Shown here: in pieces, positions 1-13,635 of the stretch
How the letters are laid out: every line of letters begins with the position of its first letter
How positions within the stretch are numbered: the first letter of the stretch is position 1
NCBI GenBank assembly: GCA_004431415.1
Contig: QPMI01000193.1
Span: 116,787-180,786 of the forward strand
Source of the DNA: Cyanophora paradoxa CCMP329
Taxonomy: Eukaryota > Plantae > Glaucophyta
DNA: 64,000 nucleotides
Direction: 5' to 3'
Notes under the pieces: generated by a model
What the model was told of the DNA's origin: nothing
The model's input: the letters and a program-made list of their open reading frames with translations, nothing else
The model's database searches: none
Made by a program: the position numbers and the translations under genes

Positions 1-610
1 GAGGGGCCGAGGACGGAGGAAAGCGCGCGGCGGCTGCAGCTGTTAAGAAAATGAAGTGGTTCTATAGCTAGTGCCACGGCGTGCAAATGACGCGCCCCCG
101 CGCCTCGCGCAGTGTAACTTATAAAATTACAATTACGGGATCTACTCGGTGACTTGCGGTCAGCTGCAGGGCCGACGGGACTCGCGATCGGGGCTCTACT
201 AGGCTATAGCTAGCTGCTAGCACCGCAGCCGCCTGCCATGGCCACGTATTCGCGGGTGGCACCGCGCCCCACAATTGCAACTTCGAATTCCATGTGCACG
301 CCGTGACGTGCATGCAATCGCGCGAAGGCCCACCGAATTCGAAGGAGGAGCTGGCGCGCGTCGACGCTTGATGCCCCTCCCTGCTCAGCGGCCTCTCGAC
401 CCCTTCACTGCAGCTCACGTTCCAGCTTTTCCGTTGTCTCGAGAGGCCTCCGGCACAACCCTAGAGCTACCTCTATCTTGAAGAATCGTCCGACGTTCCC
501 CTTGCAGCCCCCTAGTGCCGCAGGCCCTGATGCCCGTAAGATCCCGAGGCCCCCGCGCTCTCGATCAGCCACGCTGCGCATTTCGGACTCGCGATGCCTA
601 TCAGGGGGGA

Positions 611-3118
<2,508 letters not shown>

Positions 3119-3258
3119 CCGCTGCCGAATCCCTGGCCGGGTACGCTGTTGGACGAGTTGGCAACTTCAGCGGGTTTGAGGCGCCGGCCTCAGCACAGCG
3201 ATCGATATCTTGCAGCACGTTGAAGCCGGTTGAAGCCTGCGGCGGAGCAGCGACGTGC

Positions 3259-6130
3259 ATGAGCGCGGCCCCCGGGCCCGCCTCGATCGTCGGCCGAGCG
3301 ATGCCGCGCGTGAAGACGCGGGTGCGCGTGCCGACGCGCGCGGTCGGCCACAGCTTCGCAGGTCGTCGAGCTCGCCCGCTTACCGCGTGCGCAGCTGGTC
3401 CGTGAGACCGGCCCGCCGCCCCTGCTCGAGCTCTGCATCCGAAACGCGGCGCGCCGGCTGAACCGCCTCCCCGACGACTGCATCGCGGTGCGCGCGGCGT
3501 CGCCTCAGCGCTGCACCGCGCGGACCGACGCCCGCGCGCCGCCGCAGACGCTGCAGGCGCTCCCGTTCGAGCTGGCGGAGCGCATCATGGCGGCGCTCGT
3601 CGAGAAGAAGGTGCGGCGCGCCGCGCGGCCGCGGGAAGCTTTCTCGGCCGCCGCGCGGGGCGCCGGGGTCGGCAAGACACCAGAGCTAGCGCCTTGGCGC
3701 GCGAGGGAGCATGCGCGGAATCCCCACCGGGCCCGGTGGATCGGTGGCGCTCACCCTGTGTAGCTAAGCTCTTGGAGCACCAAAGGCTAAACTCTCTAAG
3801 CTCACTTAAAGCCACCTCCGAACTCGCGCGACGACCTGATCTGTAAAGCTCGTTCTGCGCCCTTAGGACCTCTCTGCGATCAATTTCTTCGTCACGATCG
3901 GCGTACCCGTGGAGGTGCCCGCGTGCCTCTTCCCCTCCCCGCCCTCCGTCTTCCACGCCCCGCGCTAACACCGTACCCCGCCCAGTCCCTCGAGCTGCGG
4001 CGCTTCTCCAAGACCGATCGCATCTTCTTCGAGAACCTCGCCCGGTACCCCCCACCACAACCGGTCCCCGCCAGCACCGACTCGCCTCATCGAGTACCCT
4101 CCGCCCGCTAGCTCCCCGGTCTCCTCCTCCATACGCCGCATCTCCTTCCCTATGGACGCCGAGGTATCCCGTGTACCCCCCACCCCCGGTCCTGTACTCC
4201 GCGTGCCTCAACCGAGTACCCAGGACGCCGAGCTGGAGCTTGTCGCCGCCGTTTGCCCCAACCTCGAGCGCATCGACGTGTCCTCCTGCCTTTCCAGTAC
4301 CCCCCACCCCTGACCCCGTACCCCCCCACCCTCAAGTCAACGCACCGGCGCGCAGTGACGCTCGGGGGCATCGTGCGGGCGCTGCGGGCGCGGCCGGGCG
4401 TGACGGAGCTGCTCGCCTTCAACTCCGCGCAGGCCCGCGCCCCTCCCCCCCATCCGTCCATCCATCCACCCGCCTGCCGACCGCTTGTGCCGGCAGGTCT
4501 CGGCGGCGGACGCGGAGTTCGACGCGGGGGCCTTCTCGGGGCTGGAGGCCCTCTCCCTCGGCTCCGGCTCCCGCCTCCACGACGACGCCCTCGCAGCCAT
4601 CGCCAGGCCCGCCCCCAGCCCCCCCTCTCCCTTCCCTTCCCTTCCCCCCCCCCCCCCCCCCCCTCTCTTACAAAGCTGCCGCGGGGCTGGCCCCCTCCCC
4701 TCGTCCTCGAGCTCTCCGCCCCGCCCCGCCCCGCGCCGCCCGCCCCGCGCCGCCCGCGCCGCCCCGCGCCTCGCCGCTGATGCGGGGTGCATGTAGGAGC
4801 TGTCCGCGGCTGGAGCGGCTGCTGCTGCGGGAGTGCTGGCGCCTCTCGGACGCCTCGCTGGCGGCCCTCGCCGAGCACTGCCCCCGCCTCGCCCTCCTCG
4901 CCCTCTCCGACGCCCGCGAGGTCCCCGGCCCCCCGCCCCAGCCCCTCCTCGCCCCTCCCCCGCCTCCAGCTCCTCGCTAGCTCCTGGCCCACCTTAGAAA
5001 CGCCCGCCATTCATGAAAGAGGGCGACGAGCGCGAGCCGGCGGGCCCCGGGCGACACCCCGTACCCCCCGACGCCTCGCCCCCGCAGGTGACGGACTTCG
5101 GGCTGGCGAAGCTCGCGCGCCGCTGCCCGAGGCTCGCCGAGCTCGAGCTCAAGTCCCTCCCCCAGGCCCGCCCTCCTCCCCCAGAGCGAGACGCTAGCAC
5201 GGGGAGAGACAGAGAAGCGAGCAGGAGCACAGAGGGCGCTCCGGGGCTCTTCCGCCGCCCCGCCCTTCCCCCGCCCTTCCTCGCCTTCGCCTGATCGGCC
5301 TCGGGGCGGGGGGCCAGGTGACGGACCTCTTCCTGTCGCGGGCGGCGGCGTGCCTGCCGGGCCTCGCCGCCCTCCACCTCGAGCACCTCCCCAAGGCCCC
5401 CCCGCCGCGCCGCGCCCCGCCCCCGAGGGCTCTGAGGGGCCGGGGCGCAGGTGACGGACGAGGGCGTGCTGCGCATCGCCCGCGCCTGCACGCGCCTCCG
5501 CGCCCTCGGCCTCCACCACCTCGACAGGCGCCCCCGCGCCCCGCCCGGCCCCTGCTCGCCCGCGGCCGCTGAGAGGGGGCGGGGCAGCTGCTCGGGGGCC
5601 TGGCGGATGCGCTGGCGGGCTCCCGGCGCCCTGCCTGGCGGCCCTCGCCGAGCTCCGCCTCTCCTCCCTCCACACCTCCGACGCCGCCCTCTGCGCCCTC
5701 GCCGCCCGGCCCGCCCCCCGCCCCGCCCCCGCCGCAGGAGCCGCCCCCCGCGCCCCCGCTGAGGCCCGCGCAGGTGCCCCCTCGTGCGCCTCTCCCTCAT
5801 CGGGTGCACGGTCAAGGTGCGCAAGTGGTGCCCCCCTCCGCCCCAGCTCCCCCCAGCTCCCCCCACTAAAGGCGCTTGGGCGGCAGCGGGCCCCCGACCG
5901 ACCCCACATCGCCCGCGCCCTCCGGTGCCCCCCGCTGCATGACCCCAGGCGAACACAGCAACGCCTGTACCCCCATTCTCACGGGCCTCCCTCCAGGGCG
6001 GCGCGGGGGGCGGGGCTCGAGGTGGAGACCGACGGGTCCCTCCCCGAGGCGCGCCCGCACCCGGCCCCGTGCCCGAACGATCCACGTACCCCCCGCGCGC
6101 TGGTCTGAGCGGGCTCCGGACAGGTGGTAG
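3259..6130 (+). CDS. Multi-exon leucine-rich-repeat protein, cysteine-containing LRR subtype (FBXL/AMN1-like); 3' end uncertain
   Basis: Exons encode LRR_CC-type repeats: CPRLERLLLRECWRLSDASLAALAEHCPRLALLAL, VTDFGLAKLARRCPRLAELELKSLPQVTD, VTDEGVLRIARACTRLRALGL. The N-terminal LLELCIRNAA..LQALPFELAERIMAAL is F-box-like. Head-to-head with trpS, ~140 bp between ATGs. Confidence 0.8.
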
Positions 6131-6249
6131 ACTTCGCATGCAGCTGGGGCGACTAGGGCAGCAGTAGAGGCTGTAGAGCCAGTGCTGGCCTGCTTCAAAC
6201 TTGAAAACTTTGATGCAAGCAAGCTTGCACCGCAGCACCGCCTACCGAG

Positions 6250-6647
6250 CACCGTGGCACGCGCCGCTCAGCGGCTGCCCGCAGCCGAGCACGCTGCCCG
6301 GCACTCGTGCTTGAGCTTGCACCGCAAAACCGCTTGCGCCGCTGCCTAGCTGCGCCGCTGATCGCAGCAGAGCACGCCCGGCCGTCCAGACCGTGTTCTC
6401 TAGATCTTGCTGCGCTCAGCACGCCGCCGAAATCGAGCTTATACCGCAGTACCGCGTGCGCATGCGCCGCTGCCCGCAGCCGAGCACGCGTGACCGAGCC
6501 GAGGGGTCGCGCGCGAAGCGCGCGACCCCGAGGGGAGGACTCTGCGCATGTGCGTGCCACTAGGACTCTTTCATTAGATCTAGATCCCGGTTCCCCCCTT
6601 GCACGGAAGTTGCACCCCCGGCGCGAAAATCGCGGCCGGGCCACTAG
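6250..6647 (+). mobile_element. 3' portion of a non-autonomous Helitron/Helentron-like element (copy C); 5' boundary approximate
   Basis: Ends in CCCGGTTCCCCCCTTGCAC, a GC hairpin (CCCGGCGCG-AAAAT-CGCGGCCGGG) and CTAG, as at 28921 and 36294. 6344-6490 is repeated at 7463-7605 inside copy A. Confidence 0.65.
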
Positions 6648-8418
6648 TTGCAAGGGGGGAAAGAAGACCGAAGGTCTTCCCCCCTTGCTTCCCGTTCCCT
6701 CGCTTCAGCCAAAAGTTTTCTATGAGGCCATTTTCGAGGTCCAGTATGCAACACCAGAAAAAAATGATGCTTTATTCGCGTTCCGATTGGCTCGGTGGAC
6801 CGGTCAGCCTTCGACTTTCGAGCGTCAAATGTTGAAAAATTACCGGATGAGTTGTGGTTAGGGGTGAAACCTGGGCGAAGTCTTTTTCCACTTGCGCTAA
6901 ATAAATGTTCAGTCGAGGGGAAAAAGTGGTTTCACAGCTCGTTTTTTTTCCTAATCGACTCGACATGCCCGTTGTATGGGCAAGGGTAGCCGGCGATCGC
7001 GATAACTTTTCACCCGTCGCAGAACGGCTAGTCTCCTCGCAACAGCTTGTAGCCGGCAAGCTACCGGGTAGAATGCACTAGCTTGCGCCGGGGAATTCCG
7101 AACACCCGAGGGGAAATTGGTCAAAAACCGGATTTCGGCCGTGTCGGGTCGACCGGTAAAAAAAACGAGCTGTGAATTTTCGAGGGGAAAACGAACTTCT
7201 CCTCACTCCGGTCTTTGAATTTCTTGCGCGGTTATGCATGGAACCAGTTCTCCCTAGCTGTCTCCTCTAGATTTCGGCTTCGTCGCAGTGCATGCGCCTC
7301 GTACGCCTTGCGCATGCTCTTCGTTGCGCGGTTCTGCATGGATCCCGGAACGTTAACCACTTCTCCCTAGCGCTGTCTCCTCTAGATTTCCACTTTCTCG
7401 CACTGCGCCGCGTACGCCGCACGGTACCCGTGCCGCCTGGACTACTTTTGACTGCATACGGTGCCTAGCTGCGCCGCTGATTGCAGCCGAGCACGCCCGG
7501 CCGTGCAGATCTAGACCGTGCTCTCTTGCTGCGCTCAGCACGTCTCCGAAATCGAGCTTATACCGCAGAACCGCGTGCGCTGCGCATGCCCGCAGCCGAG
7601 CACGCCGGCCGGGCCGGGCGCTCTTGTTGCGGTCGACACTCCGCTGCTCGGCTTCTCGGTTTCGCCGCGGTGCTTGCTTCGGCAGATTGCCCCGCAGCCT
7701 TATAATTATGCCCGGTAGCTATAGTAGCTTCGCCAAATTGCGCGCGTGAGTCTGCTGCTGTGCAAGTCCGCATCAGATGGGACGGCGAGCTGCGCATGCA
7801 GCCGCTTCTGTGCCCGGAGACGTCGTCCCGGGGCGGGACTTTTTTCCAAATAACTGTCGTCCTGTGCAGGAACCTTTCTCGAAGCGTGTGCGCTTCGATG
7901 CAGCTATCATCATGGCTATTACGAACGCCGGCCCGCTACGGCCGCTGGCTGCACTGCAGCTTAAGCTTCAGCAGTGTTTGCAACAGCCGCCAGTTACCTT
8001 ATTCAGCAGCAGCTCAGCGGAAGCCCTTCCCTTGGCGGGTTTCAGACGACGATAAGAGGCGCTCGAGGCGGCGGGACGCCTCACCATGCTCTTGCAAGAC
8101 GGCGTTCTTCAGGACCGGCGCCGCTGGCTGCCGCTCATGATCACCCCCAAGGTCGACTTCCGCCCCGATCCCCTCCAGAAGGCCTGGATCGACTATGTCT
8201 ACGGCGAGCCCTCTGCAGACATCACCATCATCTTTTAGCCAGCTGTTCAGGGTTAGCGGTAGGCCGTGCGAACAGAGTTGATGCGGAGCGTTTTTTGGCT
8301 CCAGAACAATCTTTCATATAGTGTGCGCTGAGTCTGTCGACGTCCTTTCATTTGCTCTTTTTTTATTCGATTTCATCGCAGCGTGTGCTTATCGGGCCTT
8401 TTCTATTATCGGGCCTTT

Positions 8419-9906
8419 TTGGAAACGGGGTAGGGCCCCCGTTTTCGGTAACTCACAAAATGACGAGTCTGCTCATCTCCCGATCCAGCTCCGAGCTCTT
8501 AACCCAGTGTTAGTGCATGCATAAGAGCCCCGAATTCGTTGTCAGAACCCGGAAAGAGCGGAATGCTGCGCGGAAAAAAGGACCGGACCCTTTCCTAAAC
8601 TATCCCTTGCAGCGCCTGATCCTGTGGTCGCATAGGGGCCGGACCAAGTGCATAAGAAAGCTCTTGCAATGCTCGGCAGAGCTTGTCATACATGCCAGTG
8701 CTCGGGAAGCAGCGCGTGGCGCGCTAGGCCGCATCAAGTACCTGTTGTACCGAACGCGGAATAACTTGGTGGCCTGCGGCCAAAAGGTCGGCGCTAGCCG
8801 TTCTTGCTTCAGCTTCGAGCTTGATCTCGAGCTTGAGACTCGCGATGAAGTCTGATGGTTTGAGCATTGAGCTTGAGCTCAAGCCACAAAGCCTGTGCTC
8901 AAGCGGAACGCGCTTGACAGCGAGCCAAGAGGCTTAATATAGAGCTCGAGCTTGAGCTCGATCGAGTTTGAGCTCAAGTTCATCGACCGGCTCTCTGTTA
9001 TTACCGAGTGTCGCCGCTCGGTTGTACCCGTCGCTCGCGATCGAAGTGTGCACCGAGTCGCTTCTCTCCTTGCGCGCGGGGGCGTCCTTGAGCATGTCGG
9101 GCATCAACTACATCTACGATTTAGATGTTTGAACGCGTTTCGGAGCTCCCACCGTGCCTGTATCGCGCAGCTGCAGAAGAGTCGCACACACATCGCGATC
9201 AGCAATTTCTTAGGCGAAGGCTTGTTTTTACGTGTAATCGCGTCTTTCGACGGCCACGCTTTCGGATCTGAGAAAATGGTCTGGAGATATTGACCTCCTC
9301 TACACTTTGAACGCGATTCCTGTTCGTCTGGTTCGTTCCTAGTCGAGTGCGCTCCTGCCAAAGAATTTGTATGAGAGCCATGAACTTAGAAGCAATTAAC
9401 GGCTAGCGCCGAAAAAAAGAGCTCCTGCGAGTTTCGGCCTATCGAGTTGCAGTACCCGTGCATTAAGCCGGCGAGCTAGCCGACAGGCTCGCTAGCTGGC
9501 CAGCGTAGCTAGGTGAGCTCCGGCGCCGGCTAGCGGCTTGCAGGACTTCAATTCGGCGCGCCGCGGCGCCGGCCGCCCGGCGCTGGCGCCGCCCCGGGCC
9601 ATGGCCAGCTGCAGCCTGCAGGCTGTACGGTTGCCGGCCGGCGCCGCGGCGCTGGCCACCTCAGCTCCGGATCCGCACTGCGGCAGCTGCGCATGCCGAT
9701 GCATATGGCGAGCTCGAGCTGATATCGATGCCATGATGCGCGCGCGCATGCGCAGCTGCACTGCGGCAGCTGCCGCAGTGCAGCTGCGCATGCCGATGGC
9801 GAGCTAGCTTATAGCGCTCGCCGAGTCAACTCGGCGAGCGCGAGCACCCAGCTAGCTCGACCTAGGCCTACCCCGTTTCCAACCGGCGGCCGCCGGGCCG
9901 GCCCAG
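8419..9906 (+). mobile_element. Second family of Helentron-like non-autonomous element, nested in copy A
   Basis: A 16-bp inverted repeat, TTGGAAACGGGGTAGG (8419-8434) / CCTACCCCGTTTCCAA (9867-9882). The left arm is part of a local hairpin (AAACGGGG..CCCCGTTT). The right arm is followed by a GC stem-loop and CCAG|T. Confidence 0.55.
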
Positions 9907-10029
9907 TCAGAGGCTCATGCATATGATCAGCGGCTCAGAGCCCGAGAAGAGGCCGCCGCGTGCTAGTCTATTTTTTTTAATCATAATCTGTGTTCAACGG
10001 TTTATCTTTAACCTTCGACCTGCCGCGCG

Positions 10030-10285
10030 TGTCGGATGAGAGGATTCCCACCCGGTGCAGCGTCCGTGCGGTCACGCACGGGCTGGGGCTGTAGCTGGGA
10101 GCACAAGTGGTCTATTCACAAGTGTACCCGTCCAGGGATCGCGTACCCCCAAACGGAGTCGCGCCCGGCGCTAAGTCAGAATACAGAGAGTGCTAGAGCT
10201 AGCTGCTCGATAGCACTAGACTAGGGCTAGCGGCTACGCATAGACTGCCGGCTAGCCTAATCCGAGGGAATCGCGGCACGCGACA
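10030..10285 (-). repeat. 3' LTR
   Basis: TGTCG...CGACA termini; no difference from 28433-28688 seen by eye. Confidence 0.97.
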
Positions 10286-10297
10286 ACTCCTCACTCT
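10286..10297 (-). other. Polypurine tract
   Basis: AGAGTGAGGAGT on the minus strand, immediately upstream of the 3' LTR. Confidence 0.7.
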
Positions 10298-10974
10298 GCA
10301 TACGGTGCGTCCTCGCACCGGACCGCGCCAAGCCGAACGTCGAGTCTGCATGCTCGACGGGGCGTCCACCCCACCGCCGGGGTGTGCACCAACCACGGCA
10401 GCGACAGGGCGGCGGCGAGTGAACTCCTCTCGAAGTAGAATGTCCGTCGTCAGCAACCAGATATGCCAGGTAGCATAGCTCGCGACCGAAATAGGAGCCG
10501 ATACCAGCATAGTGCATGTACCTAGGCAACCCCAGGCCAAGCTCGAAAGATGGAAAAGCATAGAACTCGAAACCCCCAAAAGCTGGCCCAAACTCGCTCC
10601 AACGGCGAGAGCCGAAGGAGAGTGGCACGGATGGGAAGTTTCACCGCCTCGGGAAGAAACCAGCGAGGAGGTATCCGGGCCGCCCATCAGGCCCAACGAA
10701 AGGATAGGGCACGACTGAGTGCACCCCCAGCCAGCAACCTCGAGCCCCTCACGGACCCGCAGGCACCCGGGAGGCCTACACCCAGCCACTCTCCACGAGC
10801 GACGGGCCCAGATCCCAGAAAATGGAACGAAAGGCCCAGATGGCGCCCCGTGATTGGCCACCAGCCAACCCACGTCCCACCTCGGAAGCCAGGGCTGAGG
10901 CAAAGCGGGCAAAGAAATCTGCCCCACGGCGCAAGCACAGCGATCGCAAAGGGAACAGCAATGGGACGAGCTTC

Positions 10975-13635
10975 TCACAGGTCGTCGACCAAAATCGCGT
11001 CATCCATCTCAACCTCGTCGCCCTCGGCAGCCCGCTCGGGGCCCTCGGCGTCGACGTCAGGGGCGAGAGGTGGATTTTGTTCTTGAGCGGGCGAGTCCGC
11101 GAGTGCGGGGTCGATCGCCGGCTCGTCGGCGTTCACAGCAGTCTTCCGAGGCCGACCAACGCGGGGACGGGCTTGAGACTCGGAGAGACGCGTGCGGAAC
11201 GGAAGCATGCAGTCGATGTGGGCAACAGTCTCACGCAGAGGACGGGTACGGGCATCGTCCTTGGCGGAGTAGGGCTTAGCCGACCCCTTGACCGTGTAGG
11301 TGTAACCGCCAGGGTTAACACCAGTCACAGTGTAGGGCCCGACCCACGAATTGTACAGCCCTTTGTTGTGTTCGCCCATCCAGCACAATACCTTGTCGCC
11401 AACCTCAAAGCGGCGACGATGAGGCGGGTTGCCGGTGCGAGCAACCATGCGGTTCCGATAGAACCGACGGTACTCGCGCGAGGCAGCGTCGGCGCTCGCG
11501 GCAGCTCGCGTCATCGCGAGAAGGTAATCAGCCGGGTGCGTGTGGTCGGGGTTCACGAAGCGGACGCCGGCTCCGAAGCGCACTTCGCAGGGCAGGTGCA
11601 CTTCAGAACCGCGGTGCAAGACCATCGGGGAGAACCCGGTGGCGGAGTGCACGGTGGTCCGCAACGCGAGAACGATATCGGCGTTGTAAAGAGGCCAGTC
11701 AGAGAGCGGCCGCTTGTGCTCACGGCACATGGCGTAAGCGAGAGTCTTGTAGACTCCGCCCAGGCGCTCGGCGCCGCCGTTCGAGGCGTGGTGGTAGGCG
11801 GCCGCGTGCACGAACCGGGTACCCTTCTCCTTGAAGAACGCGTTCCACGCGCCCCCAACGAGTTGGGACCCGCGGTCCGTCAGGATGCGCGCGGGCACGC
11901 CCTCGTGCGTATAGAAGTCGATCGCGGTGGCGAGCAAGGCCTCGCCGGAGATACGGGAGAGCGGGTAGATATAGCAGAACTTGGTGTATGCGTCGACGTA
12001 CGCGATGATGTATCGCGAACCGTCTTCGTGCATATCCAAGTGGAAGATATCCACCTGCCACAGGTCTCCCTTGCCCGAAGGCTGTATCACCTGAATGGCG
12101 GTACGGCGGGGCTTCGCGGCCTTCGCGAACTGACAGTGCGGGCATGACCGCACAAAGCGAGCGATGGAGGCGTACATGCCAGGCCACCAGAACCGCAGGG
12201 CGATCCGACGGGCTATCACGGGCGCGCCTCGATGGGCCCAGCCCTCGTGATAGGCGTAGAGCACCCTGTCGATCCAAGCGTCCGGCAAGACGGGTAGGAA
12301 CCGGCCGGCAGGGACCAAGGGGTTGCGCTCGATGACGCCGTCGTCGGCCAGGCTGAACTCGCCGGCCAGGCGTGCAAAGCGCTCCTTGGCCCGCAGGCAG
12401 TGAGCGCAGCTGGGCGAGCAGGGATCTGCGTCGCGCCTCGAGCCGCGGGTACAGACAGTTGGATTCTCGCCCTCTGCGTGGAAGGCGAGAAGCTTCTTGC
12501 AGAAGGAATCCTCCTTCTGAGCGGCGAGCAGACGCTTGCGCTTCTCGGGCGGGAACATACGGCGCAGCGCGTCGGGGAGCGCCCCATCGACGGCTGGCGA
12601 GGGTCCGCAGGCCCACGCGTCGAGGACGGTATCCACGAAGACCGGCTTGCACGGCGGGCGAACGTCCCGGCCTCTAGGGTCGAGTTCTACCCACCGCTGC
12701 GGGGCAGCGGCCTCGGCGGCGACCGTCTCAGGCTCGAGCGGGGCGGCGTCGTCGGAAGCCTGCCCGCGGGCAGAGGGGCGACCTCGAGCCCGCGGCGCTG
12801 GCTTGGGGTCCGGGGGGACCGGCCGAACGCGGATCTGGTGGCGAGCAGTCTCCGGGGAGAGCGAGCGTCGGCGCGGAGGCCCGGGAGGCGGCTCGCCCTC
12901 AGGGTCCTCCGGCTCCCACTCAATATGAATCGGCACCGGCCGATCCGAGGGGTCGACCGGGGAGCGCCAGTGGCGCGTGTTGTACTCATCTCGAGGCTGC
13001 CGCCTCAAGGCGGGGCCGCGAGGGAAGAGCGCGTCGGGATGCAGGGGCCGCGGCTCGGCAAATCCCTTGGCGCCCCACCGACGGGGCCCGGTTTCCGAGC
13101 GCTTCGGGACTCGCTCCGCAAGAGCGAGGGGGAAGCCGTCAGCGTCGCAGGCGTCGGAGGGGACAGGCCCTTCCGGCAGCGACTCGTCATCGATCTCGCC
13201 CGAGGCCTCGGCCTCTGCGTGAGCGTCCTCTAGCAGCGCGGCCGGGGCGCCCAGGTCGCCCTCAGGGGCGTCGGGCATCTCCGCGTCCGAGGGAGCCTCG
13301 CGCTCCTCGACAGCGGGCGCCGGGCCCGGCTCTCGTCGTTTCGGGGGCGGCGAGACCGACTCTGGCGCGGGAGGCGCGAAGCGCTCTGGGGCGGCCCGCG
13401 CTCGCTTGCGCGTGGCGGCGTCAGTAGCCGAGGCGGAGGCCTTGGCCTCAGCGAACCCAGCCGACGCAGCAAGCTTGGCGAGCTCGCGGGGCAGGCGTCG
13501 CGGCGCGCGCTCTGGCGGCGGGGGCTCGGCGTCGGAATCGGTTTCCGCAGCACCGCCAGCCTCACCCTCAGGCTCGGGCGCGGGCGCTTCAGGGGCGCCG
13601 GCGTCGGGCTCGGCCTCAGGAGCACTGGCTGGCAC
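10975..13635 (-). CDS. Pol C-terminal part: long acidic/Pro-rich spacer plus integrase
   Basis: HHCC zinc motif (AYHEGWAH...CPHC), DDE core (WQVDIF, ILTDRGSQ, SNGGAERL) and GPY motif (WVGPYTV); no chromodomain visible. Confidence 0.95.
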   Translation of the reverse strand: MPASAPEAEPDAGAPEAPAPEPEGEAGGAAETDSDAEPPPPERAPRRLPRELAKLAASAGFAEAKASASATDAATRKRARAAPERFAPPAPESVSPPPKRREPGPAPAVEEREAPSDAEMPDAPEGDLGAPAALLEDAHAEAEASGEIDDESLPEGPVPSDACDADGFPLALAERVPKRSETGPRRWGAKGFAEPRPLHPDALFPRGPALRRQPRDEYNTRHWRSPVDPSDRPVPIHIEWEPEDPEGEPPPGPPRRRSLSPETARHQIRVRPVPPDPKPAPRARGRPSARGQASDDAAPLEPETVAAEAAAPQRWVELDPRGRDVRPPCKPVFVDTVLDAWACGPSPAVDGALPDALRRMFPPEKRKRLLAAQKEDSFCKKLLAFHAEGENPTVCTRGSRRDADPCSPSCAHCLRAKERFARLAGEFSLADDGVIERNPLVPAGRFLPVLPDAWIDRVLYAYHEGWAHRGAPVIARRIALRFWWPGMYASIARFVRSCPHCQFAKAAKPRRTAIQVIQPSGKGDLWQVDIFHLDMHEDGSRYIIAYVDAYTKFCYIYPLSRISGEALLATAIDFYTHEGVPARILTDRGSQLVGGAWNAFFKEKGTRFVHAAAYHHASNGGAERLGGVYKTLAYAMCREHKRPLSDWPLYNADIVLALRTTVHSATGFSPMVLHRGSEVHLPCEVRFGAGVRFVNPDHTHPADYLLAMTRAAASADAASREYRRFYRNRMVARTGNPPHRRRFEVGDKVLCWMGEHNKGLYNSWVGPYTVTGVNPGGYTYTVKGSAKPYSAKDDARTRPLRETVAHIDCMLPFRTRLSESQARPRVGRPRKTAVNADEPAIDPALADSPAQEQNPPLAPDVDAEGPERAAEGDEVEMDDAILVDDL

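Noticed and set aside
10036-10224. Identical 62-aa ORF at 10036 and 28439
   Set aside because: A by-product of the LTR duplication, antisense to the element, with no protein-like features.
10286-10975. Possible env or chromodomain ORF downstream of integrase
   Set aside because: No chromodomain motif and no convincing signal or TM glycoprotein; reads as 3' UTR.
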